DNA of 33,108 nucleotides from Pseudobdellovibrionaceae bacterium (GTDB lineage Bacteria; Bdellovibrionota; Bdellovibrionia; Bdellovibrionales; UBA1609): NCBI GenBank assembly GCA_002686065.1, contig NYZX01000056.1, positions 1 to 33,108 of the forward strand, read 5' to 3'. Shown piece by piece: positions 33,082 to 33,108 of this stretch (position 1 is its first letter; each line of letters starts with the position of its first letter). The notes under the pieces were generated by a model. It saw only the letters and a program-made list of their open reading frames with translations, ran no database searches and was not told where the DNA came from. The position numbers and the translations under genes were made by a program.

Positions 33082-33108
33082 AAAGTGCTCCTACCCATCA
33101 ATAAAGCA

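Noticed and set aside
1-33108. Looked for IS elements, integrases, phage genes, CRISPR repeats, tRNA/rRNA and long direct repeats across the window
   Set aside because: None found by eye. There are no T-loop GGTTCGAAT-type tRNA cores outside coding sequence, and no regularly spaced repeats.

Overview
This is a 33.1-kb chromosomal segment from a Gram-negative, flagellated bacterium. The taxon cannot be fixed without a database search, and GC looks moderate by eye. Nearly all genes between 3.9 and 22.1 kb are on the minus strand. Left part: the tail of a Tol-Pal cluster (pal, a DUF4398-like lipoprotein, a partial CpoB/YbgF-like gene), a signal-peptide protein fusing a NadD-like adenylyltransferase to an ADP-ribosyltransferase-like domain, housekeeping rsmD-coaD-aminotransferase, and a cytoplasmic histidine kinase / receiver / PilZ-like operon. 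Centre: fliD-fliS-(FlgN/FliT-like), followed by a six-ORF translationally coupled module behind an exact sigma-54 promoter match. That module holds a TPR protein, a Maf-N-terminus-like protein, two unusually long GT9 glycosyltransferase paralogues and two small unknowns. Right part: secreted enzymes (phytase-like esterase, Tat-dependent PhoD), a small Cys-containing secreted protein, and a three-gene overlapping operon of signal-peptide proteins (888/914/261 aa). The only recognisable catalytic signature in that operon is a degenerate Fic motif. It is followed by flaG and a short flagellin gene with a highly structured, CTAG-rich 0.5-kb upstream region. I saw no rRNA, tRNA, CRISPR array, transposase or integrase. 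All functional calls rest on motif recognition by eye and need profile or structure searches to confirm.
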